The notes: generated by a model not told the origin, from the sequence alone. DNA of 64,000 nucleotides from a virus (IMGVR_UViG_3300044294_000233); one strand, 5' to 3'; positions 33,874 through 43,654 are shown, numbered from the stretch's first letter. Translations and numbers: made by a program.

Positions 33874-34361
33874 TTCTTGTTGTAGACGCTGTTGGCGTAA
33901 TCGCTGCCCGTGGGCCGTAGGATGATTTTGCCCATGCTGTCCGACTGACGGTCGAACTGCATGTCGCGGAAGTCTTCCTCGGCCTCTTTGCTCTTGCGGA
34001 AGAACCGCTTCAGTTCGTCGGCCACCGCCTCAACGATCCGCTTTGCCGCCTCTTCTTCTTTGATGTCGTCCATCATGAAGTCTTCGTACATCTCTTCCAG
34101 ATCGAGCAGGTACGGACGGCCGTAAGGTTCGGTGTTCTCCCGCTTCTGAACTCGGTACGCAATCGTGTCACCAACTTGATACACCCGCACGCCCCCGAAG
34201 TCGCTGTTGTCGTTGGGCGAAAGCAGGTAGATGTACGGAGTGTCTTCATCGAGAAACGGCTTCGCCTTCATCTGCCCACGCTGGAAGACCTGTTCCAGAA
34301 TGTGCAGGTGCCGCTTGCCGTCTCGCTTCCGTTTGTTGACAAATTCGAGGAAGGTTTCCAT
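33870..34361 (-). CDS. Hypothetical protein.
   Basis: 163-aa ORF. Confidence 0.4.
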   Translation of the reverse strand: METFLEFVNKRKRDGKRHLHILEQVFQRGQMKAKPFLDEDTPYIYLLSPNDNSDFGGVRVYQVGDTIAYRVQKRENTEPYGRPYLLDLEEMYEDFMMDDIKEEEAAKRIVEAVADELKRFFRKSKEAEEDFRDMQFDRQSDSMGKIILRPTGSDYANSVYNKN

Positions 34362-34657
34362 TAAACTCCGTGGCGTGCTTTGACACTTTTGTATTTGCCT
34401 ACCAACACCTCGTAACTCATCGTTGGTGTTTCGCCAATTTCTACTGCTCTCAGTGAGTTCAGAGCGGAATAAAACAAAGAGTCCAACTCATCTGCCAGAG
34501 CTTTGTAGTTTGTCTCTGGCTTCGCGTGGCGGTTTTTGCTCCACGCGGCCATCGCCGCAGCCTTGTCGGGATCGACGCCTTCGCGAAGTCCGATGTAGTC
34601 GCTAAACTTGTTCATTAGCACTTCCTCGTCAAAATCTCGTCCGCAGACGGGATACAC
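34361..34657 (-). CDS. Hypothetical protein.
   Basis: 98-aa ORF. Confidence 0.35.
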   Translation of the reverse strand: MYPVCGRDFDEEVLMNKFSDYIGLREGVDPDKAAAMAAWSKNRHAKPETNYKALADELDSLFYSALNSLRAVEIGETPTMSYEVLVGKYKSVKARHGV

Positions 34658-36090
34658 CGCGTCAAGGTTTTCAGGTCGCTCGGATTACCCTTGTACGGGA
34701 TTTCCTTCAGTACGATGCCCTGGAAGGAGGACGCGGCTTCCTTCAGGATCTGGTACTGGGCTGTCAGGAACAACATGCCGTCGCGCCGCACCATGAACTC
34801 GTGCTGCTCTTTTTCCGGCTTGCCGTCCTCGTCAAGCCGACCCGTCTCCCGTTCGTACATGATCTTCATTTCCACGAACGGGATGATCGAACCCTCGTCG
34901 TCAATCATCGCTTCCGAGTTCTCTGCCGCCGTCGTCTTGATCACCAGCTTGCCGTCCGTGTACGCAGACCGCAGACTGTTGCTCAAGTCCCAACCGAGCA
35001 TGTAAACCGTTCCGTCCTTGTTAACCACGTTCGCCACGAACGCACGCTTCCTGAAGTAGTCGGCGATGCTCTCCATGACCACGCGGCGGCGTAACACGTC
35101 CTTCTCTTCTGGCGTGCCGTCGTCCAACTTCTTCAGTTCCGGCTCGGACAGGTATCGCTCCGGGTCGTCTTCCTTCAACGCCCAACGGCCGATGTCGATC
35201 ATCCCCCAACGAGCGTTCATTCTCGTTGAAAGGCGGATCGAGTATTCTTTGTCATTGAAAATCACATCTTCGTTGTTGCCACCAGAACCCACCTGCACCC
35301 CGCCGAGCAGAGCGGCGATGTACTTGCGGTGAAGGTCGCCCTTCATCCCGTGAAGCCCTTCGAGCTTGATGAAGATGTTGCCCAAGTCCGGCTGCTGTTG
35401 CAGCGACATGAACAGGTGGTTGACGACCGATACGGACGGGTTGTTCTGGTCCAACTGCTCGCGGATCGACTTGCGGATCTCTTTGGACGCCTTCTCGACG
35501 TTCGCGTTCTGACGCAGGAATTGCACCTGAAGGTTGTCCTCAACGAACTTCCTCGGATACGAGTCGAGGTCGAGGTCGCGAACGTCGTGAATCATGTCGA
35601 TCAGTTTTTGGGCGTCACCCTTGATCGACTCCTTCAAGAAGTTGTTCTTCCAACGCTCGAAGTCCTCCGGGTCTTTGCTGTCGGGCATGTCCGGGGCTTG
35701 CGGGTCTTTGCTGATGTCGTCCGGTTCGTCGTCTGCCTTCTTGTCGCCCGCGTCCTTCGGCTTGTTGCCGCCGTCAGCGTCGGGCGGTCCACCCGCTCCC
35801 GCGCCCGGAGTACCCGGCGGATTGGAAGCGGCCGGCGGTTGTCCCCCGGCTCCAGCTTGGGCGTCAGGGGCCGTGAAGTTCTCTTCTTCTTTCAACAGCC
35901 AGCGACGGCCGTTGTTCTCGGCGACTTGGAGGCGACGATCCTCGTACCTGAGCCACTCGGTCAGTTCCTTGTGGGTCATTACGCTTTTTTCTGTGGCGGG
36001 GCGGTCGGCTTTGGCAGACGGTTTCTTGGCCGCGTTCGAGCCTACGGCCGGCTTGCCCTTCATCCACTCCCAGATTGCGTGGTTACTCAT
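34615..36090 (-). CDS. Hypothetical protein with a Gly/Pro/Ala-rich acidic linker.
   Basis: 491-aa ORF. The opposite-strand ORFs in this region are Arg/Leu/Val-rich antisense artefacts. Confidence 0.45.
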   Translation of the reverse strand: MSNHAIWEWMKGKPAVGSNAAKKPSAKADRPATEKSVMTHKELTEWLRYEDRRLQVAENNGRRWLLKEEENFTAPDAQAGAGGQPPAASNPPGTPGAGAGGPPDADGGNKPKDAGDKKADDEPDDISKDPQAPDMPDSKDPEDFERWKNNFLKESIKGDAQKLIDMIHDVRDLDLDSYPRKFVEDNLQVQFLRQNANVEKASKEIRKSIREQLDQNNPSVSVVNHLFMSLQQQPDLGNIFIKLEGLHGMKGDLHRKYIAALLGGVQVGSGGNNEDVIFNDKEYSIRLSTRMNARWGMIDIGRWALKEDDPERYLSEPELKKLDDGTPEEKDVLRRRVVMESIADYFRKRAFVANVVNKDGTVYMLGWDLSNSLRSAYTDGKLVIKTTAAENSEAMIDDEGSIIPFVEMKIMYERETGRLDEDGKPEKEQHEFMVRRDGMLFLTAQYQILKEAASSFQGIVLKEIPYKGNPSDLKTLTRCIPSADEILTRKC

Positions 36091-36574
36091 TGGTCTTCTT
36101 CTCCTTGTCTTTCTTGGCCTTCATCCGTTTTTCAAGCTGCTCAAGGAAGGAGCGACGTGTACCGGAGAAGTGGTAGTGGTTTTCCTGACTCGCCGTGACC
36201 GACTTGGGTCCGGCGGTCGTCGTCATTTCTTTCAACTTGAAGCTCGCCATCAGTTTGACGATGCCCATCATCTTGTCCGACATGCCGGCCTTCGTATTCA
36301 CCAACCCCACTAGGGCTTCTTTGGTTGCCGGCTGGCTGTTACCTTCGTTGAACACCATTTCAACGAAGTTGGCTATTAGCGTGTCGATCTGTTTGCGGTC
36401 GCTCCTCATGTTCGTGAGGATTTCGGCACACAGGCCCAACATCTCGTCGTCCTCGAACATTGGGGTCGAGGCCGAGAGCGGTCGCTGATCTGGGAGCGGA
36501 GCCATGACTTCCGGTGCGGCCGGCAGTATGTCGTTCTCGACGGCTTCCAACATTTGGTCAATATCTTGGTTCAT
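36083..36574 (-). CDS. Hypothetical protein.
   Basis: 163-aa ORF with an 8-nt overlap with the downstream gene. Confidence 0.4.
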   Translation of the reverse strand: MNQDIDQMLEAVENDILPAAPEVMAPLPDQRPLSASTPMFEDDEMLGLCAEILTNMRSDRKQIDTLIANFVEMVFNEGNSQPATKEALVGLVNTKAGMSDKMMGIVKLMASFKLKEMTTTAGPKSVTASQENHYHFSGTRRSFLEQLEKRMKAKKDKEKKTNE

Positions 36575-36628
36575 GAGTAGGTATATAGGTCACAGGAAAG
36601 TGAAACGCCGTTGTGAGGGAACCACATT

Positions 36629-37075
36629 ATGCCACCGCCGAATCAAAAATCCGACGCCACACAAGAAACGGTACGTCAATTGTTTGAGATCTCCAGCCGT
36701 ATAGACGAAAGGATCAAGTATCTAGTCGAAAAGCAGAACGAGATGTCCGACAAGATCGAGAAACTCGCGATCAACATGACCGAGACGGCGGTGCGTGTCG
36801 CCGTCCTAGAAAAGTCTGGTTGGGATAAATCGAAGGACAACCTTGACGAGATCGACAAAAAAGTGGCCGTTCTGGACAAGCAGTTCAACAACGGCCTGAA
36901 AGCAGACGTACAAGAACTGAAAGAAAAGGTCCGCGTCCTTGAGTTCAGCAACGAACACAACACCAGCTACCGCAACAAGGGCGAGATCCGCCTTCAGTGG
37001 TGGCTCGATGCGGCGTGGAAGGTGATGCAAATTGTCGGAGCCGCCGCACTTGCTTATTACTTGAGCAAAAAGTAA
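36629..37075 (+). CDS. Coiled-coil protein with a C-terminal transmembrane anchor.
   Basis: Heptad-rich KIEKLAINM...LKEKVRVLEF. The C-terminus WKVMQIVGAAALAYYLSKK is hydrophobic. Confidence 0.4.
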   Translation: MPPPNQKSDATQETVRQLFEISSRIDERIKYLVEKQNEMSDKIEKLAINMTETAVRVAVLEKSGWDKSKDNLDEIDKKVAVLDKQFNNGLKADVQELKEKVRVLEFSNEHNTSYRNKGEIRLQWWLDAAWKVMQIVGAAALAYYLSKK

Positions 37076-37096
37076 TGCCCCCAGGAGCTAAATAGA

Positions 37097-38647
37097 ATGA
37101 TGAAAAAGTTCACTTTGTTCCGCGAAGAACGAGACGCCAAGACCCCCATCTCGTCCAAAATCAAACTGCAAAAGCAAGAAGGCTCTGCGGAGTTTTCTCC
37201 TTTCCGCGTCGATAAGGCTACCCGCCCGAACCTCCGCACACTGATCCAAGCCTTCAAGGGCAGCGGTCAGGTCGGCCTCGGCTACACCACCATCGACAAG
37301 TCGAAGGGCGAACACGAACCGCTGATGAAGGCCAAGAACTTGTGGCTCACCGGCGGCGCGGTTCGCGACCACCTCAAGGGCAAAACCCCGAAGGGCTACG
37401 ACCTCGTTACGGACGCCACTCCTTCCGAAGTCCGCATGATTCTCTCCAACTCGGAACAACCGTTTACTGAGGTCAAGCCGAAAGACGGCGAGATGGGTCA
37501 GGACGAGCGGTACGCCGATCTGCCGAGCGGCAACAAGCGTCGGTGCTTCTACGCCAGCCGTTGGGACGGACAGGGCAAAGAGATCGAGATCACCGTCGAG
37601 ATAAACGGCGAGAAGTTCGAGCTTGCGTCCCTCGGCAAGCACGGCAAAAGTCGCCGGGTGAACCCGGACAAAGCCGACGTTGCGACCAGCGTCGAAGAAG
37701 ACAGCATGGGTCGCGACTTCACGATGAACGCCATGTATATCCCATTGAGTCAAAGTGACGGCGAGAACAGCGAATTGATTGATCCGCATGGTGGCGCACA
37801 CCACCTGAAGGCGGGCGAGGTCAAGTTTATCAACAGTCCTATGGACAAGATGCGTGACGACCCGATGACGGCATTCCGTTACCTCAATCAAACTGGCAAG
37901 TTCGGAAAGTTTTCGGGAATCGGCGACAAGGAAAAAGCGGCGATTGGGCAGTTCAAAGACATGGCCGACGTTGACCCGTCCGAGATCCGCAAATCGTTCC
38001 TCAGCGGCCTCGAAGATCCCGACATGGACGCCAGAGGGTACATGGGCGCGGCTAAGGGTCTGGGCCTTCTGAACGTCGTGTTCCCTGATCTCGAATTCCG
38101 CGAAGACGACATGCCGCCGGACTTCCGTGGCGACCGCTGGTTGGCACCGGCTTGGGTTCTCAGGGACAACGACCCCGAAAAGGTCAAGAAGGTACTGGGC
38201 GGCGGCGGCTGGAGCAAACAAGAAGCATCGGACATCGCCTATCTGGTCAAGATCGCATCTTGGGCTGAAAAGGATGGGTTCAGTCCCGACAAGCTCAAGG
38301 ACGTTAAGGGCCACACCGGGCTGACCAAGAGCAAGATCCGCGAATGGCTCCAAATGATCAACAAGGGTCAGGGCGGCGAAGCGGAAGGTCTGTTCAAGGA
38401 CGGCGAGGACGAAAACGATATGGGCGGCGAGGAAGGTCCGCAGGAGAAAAGAATGGGAGCGGCCAAGTCGCTCACCAGACCGTCTTCTGACGAAGGGGAT
38501 GCAGAGGAGAAACCGGAAAAGAAGGATGACGGCGGCGAGAAAAAGGAGTCGATGTCTTGGGGCCGTATGATGGAACGCATCAAGAACCGCCCGGCCCAAC
38601 AGGAGCGTCCGACCGAGTCGGCTGGTTGGGTTCCACTCATCCGCTGA
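37097..38647 (+). CDS. tRNA nucleotidyltransferase (CCA-adding enzyme) / poly(A) polymerase-family protein.
   Basis: The head domain has the Pol-beta nucleotidyltransferase motifs LWLTGGAVRDHLKGKTPKGYDLVTDATPSEV (GGxVRD...D.D) and MGRDFTMNAMY (RDFTxNA). The C-terminus is an acidic/Lys-rich tail. Confidence 0.7.
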   Translation: MMKKFTLFREERDAKTPISSKIKLQKQEGSAEFSPFRVDKATRPNLRTLIQAFKGSGQVGLGYTTIDKSKGEHEPLMKAKNLWLTGGAVRDHLKGKTPKGYDLVTDATPSEVRMILSNSEQPFTEVKPKDGEMGQDERYADLPSGNKRRCFYASRWDGQGKEIEITVEINGEKFELASLGKHGKSRRVNPDKADVATSVEEDSMGRDFTMNAMYIPLSQSDGENSELIDPHGGAHHLKAGEVKFINSPMDKMRDDPMTAFRYLNQTGKFGKFSGIGDKEKAAIGQFKDMADVDPSEIRKSFLSGLEDPDMDARGYMGAAKGLGLLNVVFPDLEFREDDMPPDFRGDRWLAPAWVLRDNDPEKVKKVLGGGGWSKQEASDIAYLVKIASWAEKDGFSPDKLKDVKGHTGLTKSKIREWLQMINKGQGGEAEGLFKDGEDENDMGGEEGPQEKRMGAAKSLTRPSSDEGDAEEKPEKKDDGGEKKESMSWGRMMERIKNRPAQQERPTESAGWVPLIR

Positions 38648-38664
38648 TCGGTTTACAAACAGCG

Positions 38665-38699
38665 AAGCCCTCCCTATAACAAGGGAGGGCTTCTTTTTG
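38665..38699 (+). terminator. Rho-independent terminator.
   Basis: aagccctccct/agggagggctt stem followed by tctttttg. Confidence 0.6.
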
Positions 38700-38715
38700 C
38701 GCCGAGGGTAATGTC

Positions 38716-39057
38716 GTGCTGGAATACAGCGTCCAAGCCACGCCGTTCATCATCCGCGATCTGGGGTGGAAGTTCATCAAGGAACTTGCGGCTCAGGCGT
38801 ACCCTCTTTTCGAGGACGGGCAGTTCCGCCGTTTGGTCTTCGGGTCGCAAGGCACACAGGTTCTCGACACCGTGGACCCCGATAAAATCAAAGTGATCTT
38901 TGCACAGATCGAAGATCGGGCGGTCATGATCGCGCCGTACCGCGACGAAGAAGGCATCAAGGTGCTTTACTTCAAATGGGTCGAAGAAACTCTCTACGAT
39001 TCATTCTGCGTACCCGATGGGCAGAACCGAGTCTGGGACAACCGAGAGAAGCCGTGA
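38716..39057 (+). CDS. Hypothetical protein.
   Basis: 113-aa ORF with a GTG start. Confidence 0.35.
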   Translation: MLEYSVQATPFIIRDLGWKFIKELAAQAYPLFEDGQFRRLVFGSQGTQVLDTVDPDKIKVIFAQIEDRAVMIAPYRDEEGIKVLYFKWVEETLYDSFCVPDGQNRVWDNREKP

Positions 39058-39253
39058 CAGACCGCGTCGAAACCTACAAAGTTGAACACGGGTGGAACCA
39101 CCCCTACCCGTGGATGTTCCGCGTCTGGCACAACGGCGTTTGCCATCAGTTCGCGGGCATGCCCAATCAGTGTTCTACACGCAGAGAAGCTGCCGCTCGC
39201 GGGGGCTGGCGGCTCAGATGGCTCAAAACCGGCAAGTTTCAGGAGAAGTACAA

Positions 39254-39769
39254 GTGAATATCGACGTTTTCGATTTTGACGGGACACTCGTCAAGACGCC
39301 CGGACGCGAGCAAGCCGAGAAAGACTTCCTCGCGGCGACCGGGAACCCGTGGCCGCACATCGGTTTCTACGGCCGACTGGAATCTCTGATCCCTCCTGTC
39401 TTCCCAGAGAAGCCGGGTGACGAGTTCTTGATTCAAGAAGTCGCCGAGATCTGCCGCGCCAAAGAATGCGATCTCCGCGTGCTGATGACGGGGCGACCGT
39501 ACAAACTACGCAATCGCGTCCTCGAAATCTGCACCCACTACGGCCTCGCCTTCGGCCTGACCTATTTTCAGGGCCAGAAGGACTGCCCCGGAATCAACAC
39601 TTTCGAGTGCAAAACTTCGGGGCTGCGACAACTCTTAACCCTTAATCCACAACGACTTAGGTTGTGGGAGGACCGGGAAGATCACTTCGTTCTGTTCGAG
39701 GAGTTGTTCAGGACGTTTCGCGCAGAGCGTCCAGAGGTGGAGTTCGTTCTGAACCGGGTGGTGTCGTAA
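39254..39769 (+). CDS. HAD-superfamily phosphatase-like protein.
   Basis: GTG start. VFDFDGTLVKTP is HAD motif I (DxDGT). It lies inside the longer annotated frame 39092..39769. Confidence 0.5.
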   Translation: MNIDVFDFDGTLVKTPGREQAEKDFLAATGNPWPHIGFYGRLESLIPPVFPEKPGDEFLIQEVAEICRAKECDLRVLMTGRPYKLRNRVLEICTHYGLAFGLTYFQGQKDCPGINTFECKTSGLRQLLTLNPQRLRLWEDREDHFVLFEELFRTFRAERPEVEFVLNRVVS

Positions 39770-39775
39770 ATAGGC

Positions 39776-40084
39776 TTGATGGCCTACACCCTCTTCTACG
39801 ACTCGATGCGTTTCTTGAAGAAGGTCGTCCGCAGCAACAAGCCGGTCAAAGTTCGACGGATGAAGCTGACGGACGACGTTGAGGGTCTTTGTATCGAGAA
39901 GTCCGATCACTTCTTGATCAAGGTTTCCAATGAATTGACCATGAGCCACGCCATCGACGTGATGATCCACGAATTTGCTCACGTCGAAGCATGGGGTAAA
40001 CAGCGGGACGCACACGGTTCGGTGTGGGGGAAGTGTTACAGCCGACTTTTTCGCGAGTATTACGACGGCTTCCTCGCCAACTGA
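39776..40084 (+). CDS. Small zincin-like protein (HExxH).
   Basis: The sequence MIHEFAHVEAW contains HEFAH. Confidence 0.4.
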   Translation: MMAYTLFYDSMRFLKKVVRSNKPVKVRRMKLTDDVEGLCIEKSDHFLIKVSNELTMSHAIDVMIHEFAHVEAWGKQRDAHGSVWGKCYSRLFREYYDGFLAN

Positions 40085-40097
40085 CTCTCTTTAGTGC

Positions 40098-40952
40098 ATG
40101 GACTACCTAGTCGTTGCACCCAACACGCCTCACTACCAGTGGCAGATCGCCATTCTCGCGCAGAGCTTCAAACTCCACGGTCTGCAAGAGAATCTGTGCG
40201 TCATTCTCGTCGTAAACGAAGATACGCCGACGATCAACTTGTATCACAAGCACTTCGCCGATCTCCCTCGTCTGCACGCCATCAAATTGGCGACCGATCC
40301 CGACCCGGATGTTGCGAGACTCGATGCGTTGGCGTTGGCGTCTGCCCGCAGTTTGATTTCCCAGACGTTTATCAGTTTGCCGCCGCACTGCGTTTTGTGG
40401 CACCCGCCGAAGAAACTCGACGCCAACATTTCGTTCGCCTGCCGATCTGATTTCACTTTCTCCCACCTTACCAGTTATGGGATTTCGGGAGACGAGATTG
40501 CTCGTAGGTCGGGCGGGAGGAAGCAATGGTTCCCGGTCGGTGAGATCTTCGGGTTCAAAAACGTCCACACCGAGTTCTTCTACAGGGTTGTGGAGCGTGC
40601 CAGACTGATTGGATTCGATTCTTACCGGCAACTGTTGAGGGCGGGGTCAGACAAGAAGGTGAAGGGTCTTTTTAGGGCGGGCATGTCTTTGTCGTTGCTT
40701 GAACACTTCGACCGCTACAGCATCGACACTTCGATGAATCTGGAGTGTCAGATGACGGATACCAACTTCACCGCGAACTTCATCAACTACTGCTACGGTT
40801 CGCCGCCGGATTTCAACAAGATCTACTATCAACTCGACGGCAACAAGTTCGGGTTTTCGGATTCGCCGTTCGCGGCGATCATGCGGGCCGACACTTCGCC
40901 CGCGACCGACTTCATGAAGAAGGTCGTTTCGACTATGCTCCCCCGCCCATAA
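40098..40952 (+). CDS. Hypothetical protein.
   Basis: 284-aa ORF. Confidence 0.4.
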   Translation: MDYLVVAPNTPHYQWQIAILAQSFKLHGLQENLCVILVVNEDTPTINLYHKHFADLPRLHAIKLATDPDPDVARLDALALASARSLISQTFISLPPHCVLWHPPKKLDANISFACRSDFTFSHLTSYGISGDEIARRSGGRKQWFPVGEIFGFKNVHTEFFYRVVERARLIGFDSYRQLLRAGSDKKVKGLFRAGMSLSLLEHFDRYSIDTSMNLECQMTDTNFTANFINYCYGSPPDFNKIYYQLDGNKFGFSDSPFAAIMRADTSPATDFMKKVVSTMLPRP

Positions 40953-41517
40953 CCTGATTCGGCTTGGCTTTACTCGCAGCTACTTCGCTCGGTGTCATCG
41001 GGTGCTTCGGGTCTACTGTCGGCGTCTTAGACGCGACCGGCGGCGTCACCTTGTTCATCTTCAACCACGGCGGGGTCAGCTTGTCGATGTTCGCCGGCAC
41101 CGCGCCCTGTTTCGCGCCCTTTTCCAATACACCGGCGACATCGACTCCTTTGCCCTTACCGATCTGGTTGGGAATTGGCTTGCCGGTCGGTGTCATGAGG
41201 CCGACAACCCTCTCCCAGTCTTTCTTGTTGATGCCCTTCGGAACGGTTTTGCCGTTGAGCATGTTCTGTTGCTTCTGGAACTCTTGGTCTGCGACCATTT
41301 TCGCTTTGTCGGGTTTGGCGTTCGGGTTGGCCTGTACGTTGGCGACGACTTTTTCGAGGTCCGCGCCGGACTGTTGGAGTTGTGCAACGAAGGCGTCTCT
41401 CGTCCCTGGATCGCTCAGGTCAATGCCCAGATCACCGACGATGGCCTCGAAGAGTTGTGGATTACGAAGTCTGACGTAGTTTGCGAACGACATTGTTTCC
41501 TTTGCAAATCGGTTCAT
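40933..41517 (-). CDS. Hypothetical Lys/Pro-rich protein.
   Basis: 194-aa ORF, convergent with the upstream plus-strand gene. Confidence 0.35.
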   Translation of the reverse strand: MNRFAKETMSFANYVRLRNPQLFEAIVGDLGIDLSDPGTRDAFVAQLQQSGADLEKVVANVQANPNAKPDKAKMVADQEFQKQQNMLNGKTVPKGINKKDWERVVGLMTPTGKPIPNQIGKGKGVDVAGVLEKGAKQGAVPANIDKLTPPWLKMNKVTPPVASKTPTVDPKHPMTPSEVAASKAKPNQVMGGGA

Positions 41518-41536
41518 CCTATCTAGTCCCCAGACC

Positions 41537-41546
41537 GGCTATACTT
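41537..41546 (+). promoter_or_regulatory. GGCTATACTT variant of the -10-like motif, 16 nt upstream of the ATG at 41563.
   Basis: It shares the CTATACT core with the GTCTATACTG family. Confidence 0.25.
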
Positions 41547-41562
41547 CAAAAAAGGGGATCAC

Positions 41563-42108
41563 ATGCAAGCAGCCATTTTCATTCACGGTCAAGTTCTCTG
41601 TGGACCCACTCGCGAAAGCCTCGCCGCCTGTATGACGGATGCCGACGCCGTGAGCGGTTTCTACCACCACGATCACAAACGGTTCGTATCGGAAGACCGC
41701 CAGTTCTACATGAAGGACATCGTCCTGATCCGTCACGCCGACGCCGAGGGCGACAAACTCACCGGCAAAGGCATCGCCCAGATCCAAAGTAGCCTGCCCC
41801 GACTGAATTCTTTGTACCGCAGTAATTTGGAGATAATCTCTGCCCCGTTCGAGAGATGCGAACACACGGCGTGGGCGCTCGCGACTCATTTTTCGCTTTC
41901 GGCTAAAGCGAACGACTCGATCCGCGAACCAGCTACTGACGAGAACGTGTCGGCGGCTCTGGACGAGTTGCCTGATTATGCTATGTTGATTGTTCCCGCC
42001 GATTTCCTTTGCCTCGCCGTTGGCAAAGCGACCGGGAAGTTCCCGTCCTCGGTTCCCAACATGGCCGTGATCCGCCTGTTGGCGAACGCTGCGGAAGAGA
42101 TCGCTTGA
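41563..42108 (+). CDS. Histidine-phosphatase-superfamily protein (SixA/PGAM-like).
   Basis: IVLIRHADAEGDKLTGKGIAQ...IISAPFERCEHTA fits the RHG-motif family (RHxxA...SP.xRa.xTA). Confidence 0.5.
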   Translation: MQAAIFIHGQVLCGPTRESLAACMTDADAVSGFYHHDHKRFVSEDRQFYMKDIVLIRHADAEGDKLTGKGIAQIQSSLPRLNSLYRSNLEIISAPFERCEHTAWALATHFSLSAKANDSIREPATDENVSAALDELPDYAMLIVPADFLCLAVGKATGKFPSSVPNMAVIRLLANAAEEIA

Positions 42109-42145
42109 CAAAAACTTCCCGAATGCCGACAATCCTGGGAAGTTT

Positions 42146-42155
42146 GTCTATACTG
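42146..42155 (+). promoter_or_regulatory. GTCTATACTG promoter-like motif preceded by a hairpin (gacaaaaacttccc / gggaagtttgtc), 35 nt upstream of the ATG at 42190.
   Basis: Exact 10-mer shared with 32527, 43262 and 53039. A CCGACA -35-like element lies 17 nt upstream. Confidence 0.4.
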
Positions 42156-42189
42156 ACCCGGCAATGAACGGCCCGTAACGGAGGATTCA

Positions 42190-43296
42190 ATGATCAGAAA
42201 GATGTGCGGGCTGGCGCTGGCCTTTACTTTGCTGTTCGCCAGCAACGCTTATGCCGGCCCGCCCAAGTCCAGCAGTGGCAGTTCGAGTCGCCCCAGTTTC
42301 AGTGGCGGGAGTAGTAAGCCCGCGTTTTCGGGCGGCAGCAGTAGCGCTCCGAAGTTTAGCGGAGGAAGCAGTGCCGCTCCCTCCAGCACCCCGAAGTTCA
42401 GTGGCGGGAGCAACCCTCCCACCAGTACGGCGAAACCGCCGGCAACGAGTCGTCCGAGTTTCAGCGGCGGGTCGAATCCGCCGACAGGTGTCGCAAAGGG
42501 CAGTGCGACAGACAAGCCGGTTTTTGGAGGCGGGTCTACCTCACCTCCAAACAAGACGGTGACGACGACACCGATTCAAGGTCGTCAGCCGACCACCGTG
42601 AGCAAGAAACCGGCGGCTGAAACGTTCGACAAGTTGTCGGGAACCGAAGCCCGAAAGACCGAGAGCCGAAAGTCCTACGAGAAGTCCGAAGCACCTGCGG
42701 CGTCGTACAAAACGCCTGCCGGTAAAGACGTGCCGATTGCCAAAAACGATAAGTCTGCCGACTATCTGCGCGGCCGGCTGGACGAGTCGCGATGGCAGAA
42801 CCGCTCGCAGCGGACGGATACCTTCTACGGGTCGTACTACAGCCGCTACCCGTCAACGGTGATCGTCCACTACAACGACTCCTACCACCCGTACTGGAAT
42901 TACTGGTTGGCGAGTCAAACCATCGACGTGATGTCCCTCTGGGTGTACCACCACCAGATGTCGATGGACCAAGCTCGACTCAACGCCATGTACGCCCAGA
43001 ACGCCGACCTTCGCGCAAGGGTAGCCGCCCTCGAACGGCAAGGGATTCCGAGAGACGTGACGTACACCCCGCGAGGGGTTGACGCCGACATGATGTACGA
43101 TGACGGGTACGTCAACGCCTGCTGGAACCCCCGGCCGAAACAGGTTGACTACTACGAGTACGACGATCCGCCGACGCACCATTCGTCGGGCGGCGGAAAT
43201 GTAGGAAAAGCCTTGCTCTGGATTTTCGTCTACATTCCGCTGATCATTATCGGGCTGGTTGGTCTATACTGGCTCGTGTTCCACTACCGCTGGTAA
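42190..43296 (+). CDS. Secreted, membrane-anchored repeat protein with a signal peptide, six (P/S)(S/A/K)FSGGS repeats and a C-terminal transmembrane helix.
   Basis: The N-terminus MIRKMCGLALAFTLLFASNAYA is signal-like. The repeats are PSFSGGSSK, PAFSGGSSS, PKFSGGSSA, PKFSGGSNP, PSFSGGSNP and PVFGGGSTS. The C-terminus LLWIFVYIPLIIIGLVGLYWLVF is hydrophobic. Confidence 0.55.
   Translation: MIRKMCGLALAFTLLFASNAYAGPPKSSSGSSSRPSFSGGSSKPAFSGGSSSAPKFSGGSSAAPSSTPKFSGGSNPPTSTAKPPATSRPSFSGGSNPPTGVAKGSATDKPVFGGGSTSPPNKTVTTTPIQGRQPTTVSKKPAAETFDKLSGTEARKTESRKSYEKSEAPAASYKTPAGKDVPIAKNDKSADYLRGRLDESRWQNRSQRTDTFYGSYYSRYPSTVIVHYNDSYHPYWNYWLASQTIDVMSLWVYHHQMSMDQARLNAMYAQNADLRARVAALERQGIPRDVTYTPRGVDADMMYDDGYVNACWNPRPKQVDYYEYDDPPTHHSSGGGNVGKALLWIFVYIPLIIIGLVGLYWLVFHYRW
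43262..43271 (+). promoter_or_regulatory. GTCTATACTG motif inside the 3' end of the previous gene, about 70 nt upstream of the ATG at 43343.
   Basis: The 14-mer tctatactggct is shared with 32528. Confidence 0.3.
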
Positions 43297-43342
43297 CCGA
43301 AACCCCTAACCCTGTGTCGAACCCAAAGACTGGAGCCTGACC

Positions 43343-43654
43343 ATGACCCCGCTTCTCGCTACCGCCGAAACCGTCGCCGAAAACGCGAGCTTCTTTCCGC
43401 CGGACTTCTGGCCGCACGTCGTGATGGCACTGATCGCCGTCGTCTTCGCCGCCGCCCTGTTCTACCCGTTCTGGCGGTGGATCGACAAGCTCACGCCCGG
43501 CGATCTCAACAAGGAACTACTCGGCACCGCCGACGTGCGTGACGCCAACAACAACATCGTCACCCACGGCAAGCAACCCAACGTCGCGCTCGCCATCGTC
43601 GTCGCCGCCCTCGTACTCGGCTTCTTCCAAGTGATCGCGGCGGCGGTACGGTAA
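43343..43654 (+). CDS. Small two-transmembrane membrane protein (holin-like topology?).
   Basis: Two hydrophobic helices, VVMALIAVVFAAALFY and VALAIVVAALVLGFFQVIAAAV. Confidence 0.45.
   Translation: MTPLLATAETVAENASFFPPDFWPHVVMALIAVVFAAALFYPFWRWIDKLTPGDLNKELLGTADVRDANNNIVTHGKQPNVALAIVVAALVLGFFQVIAAAVR

Noticed and set aside
37088-38599. 503-aa minus-strand ORF.
   Set aside because: It is antisense to the CCA-adding/poly(A) polymerase-family gene, which has clear nucleotidyltransferase motifs. Its composition is antisense-like.
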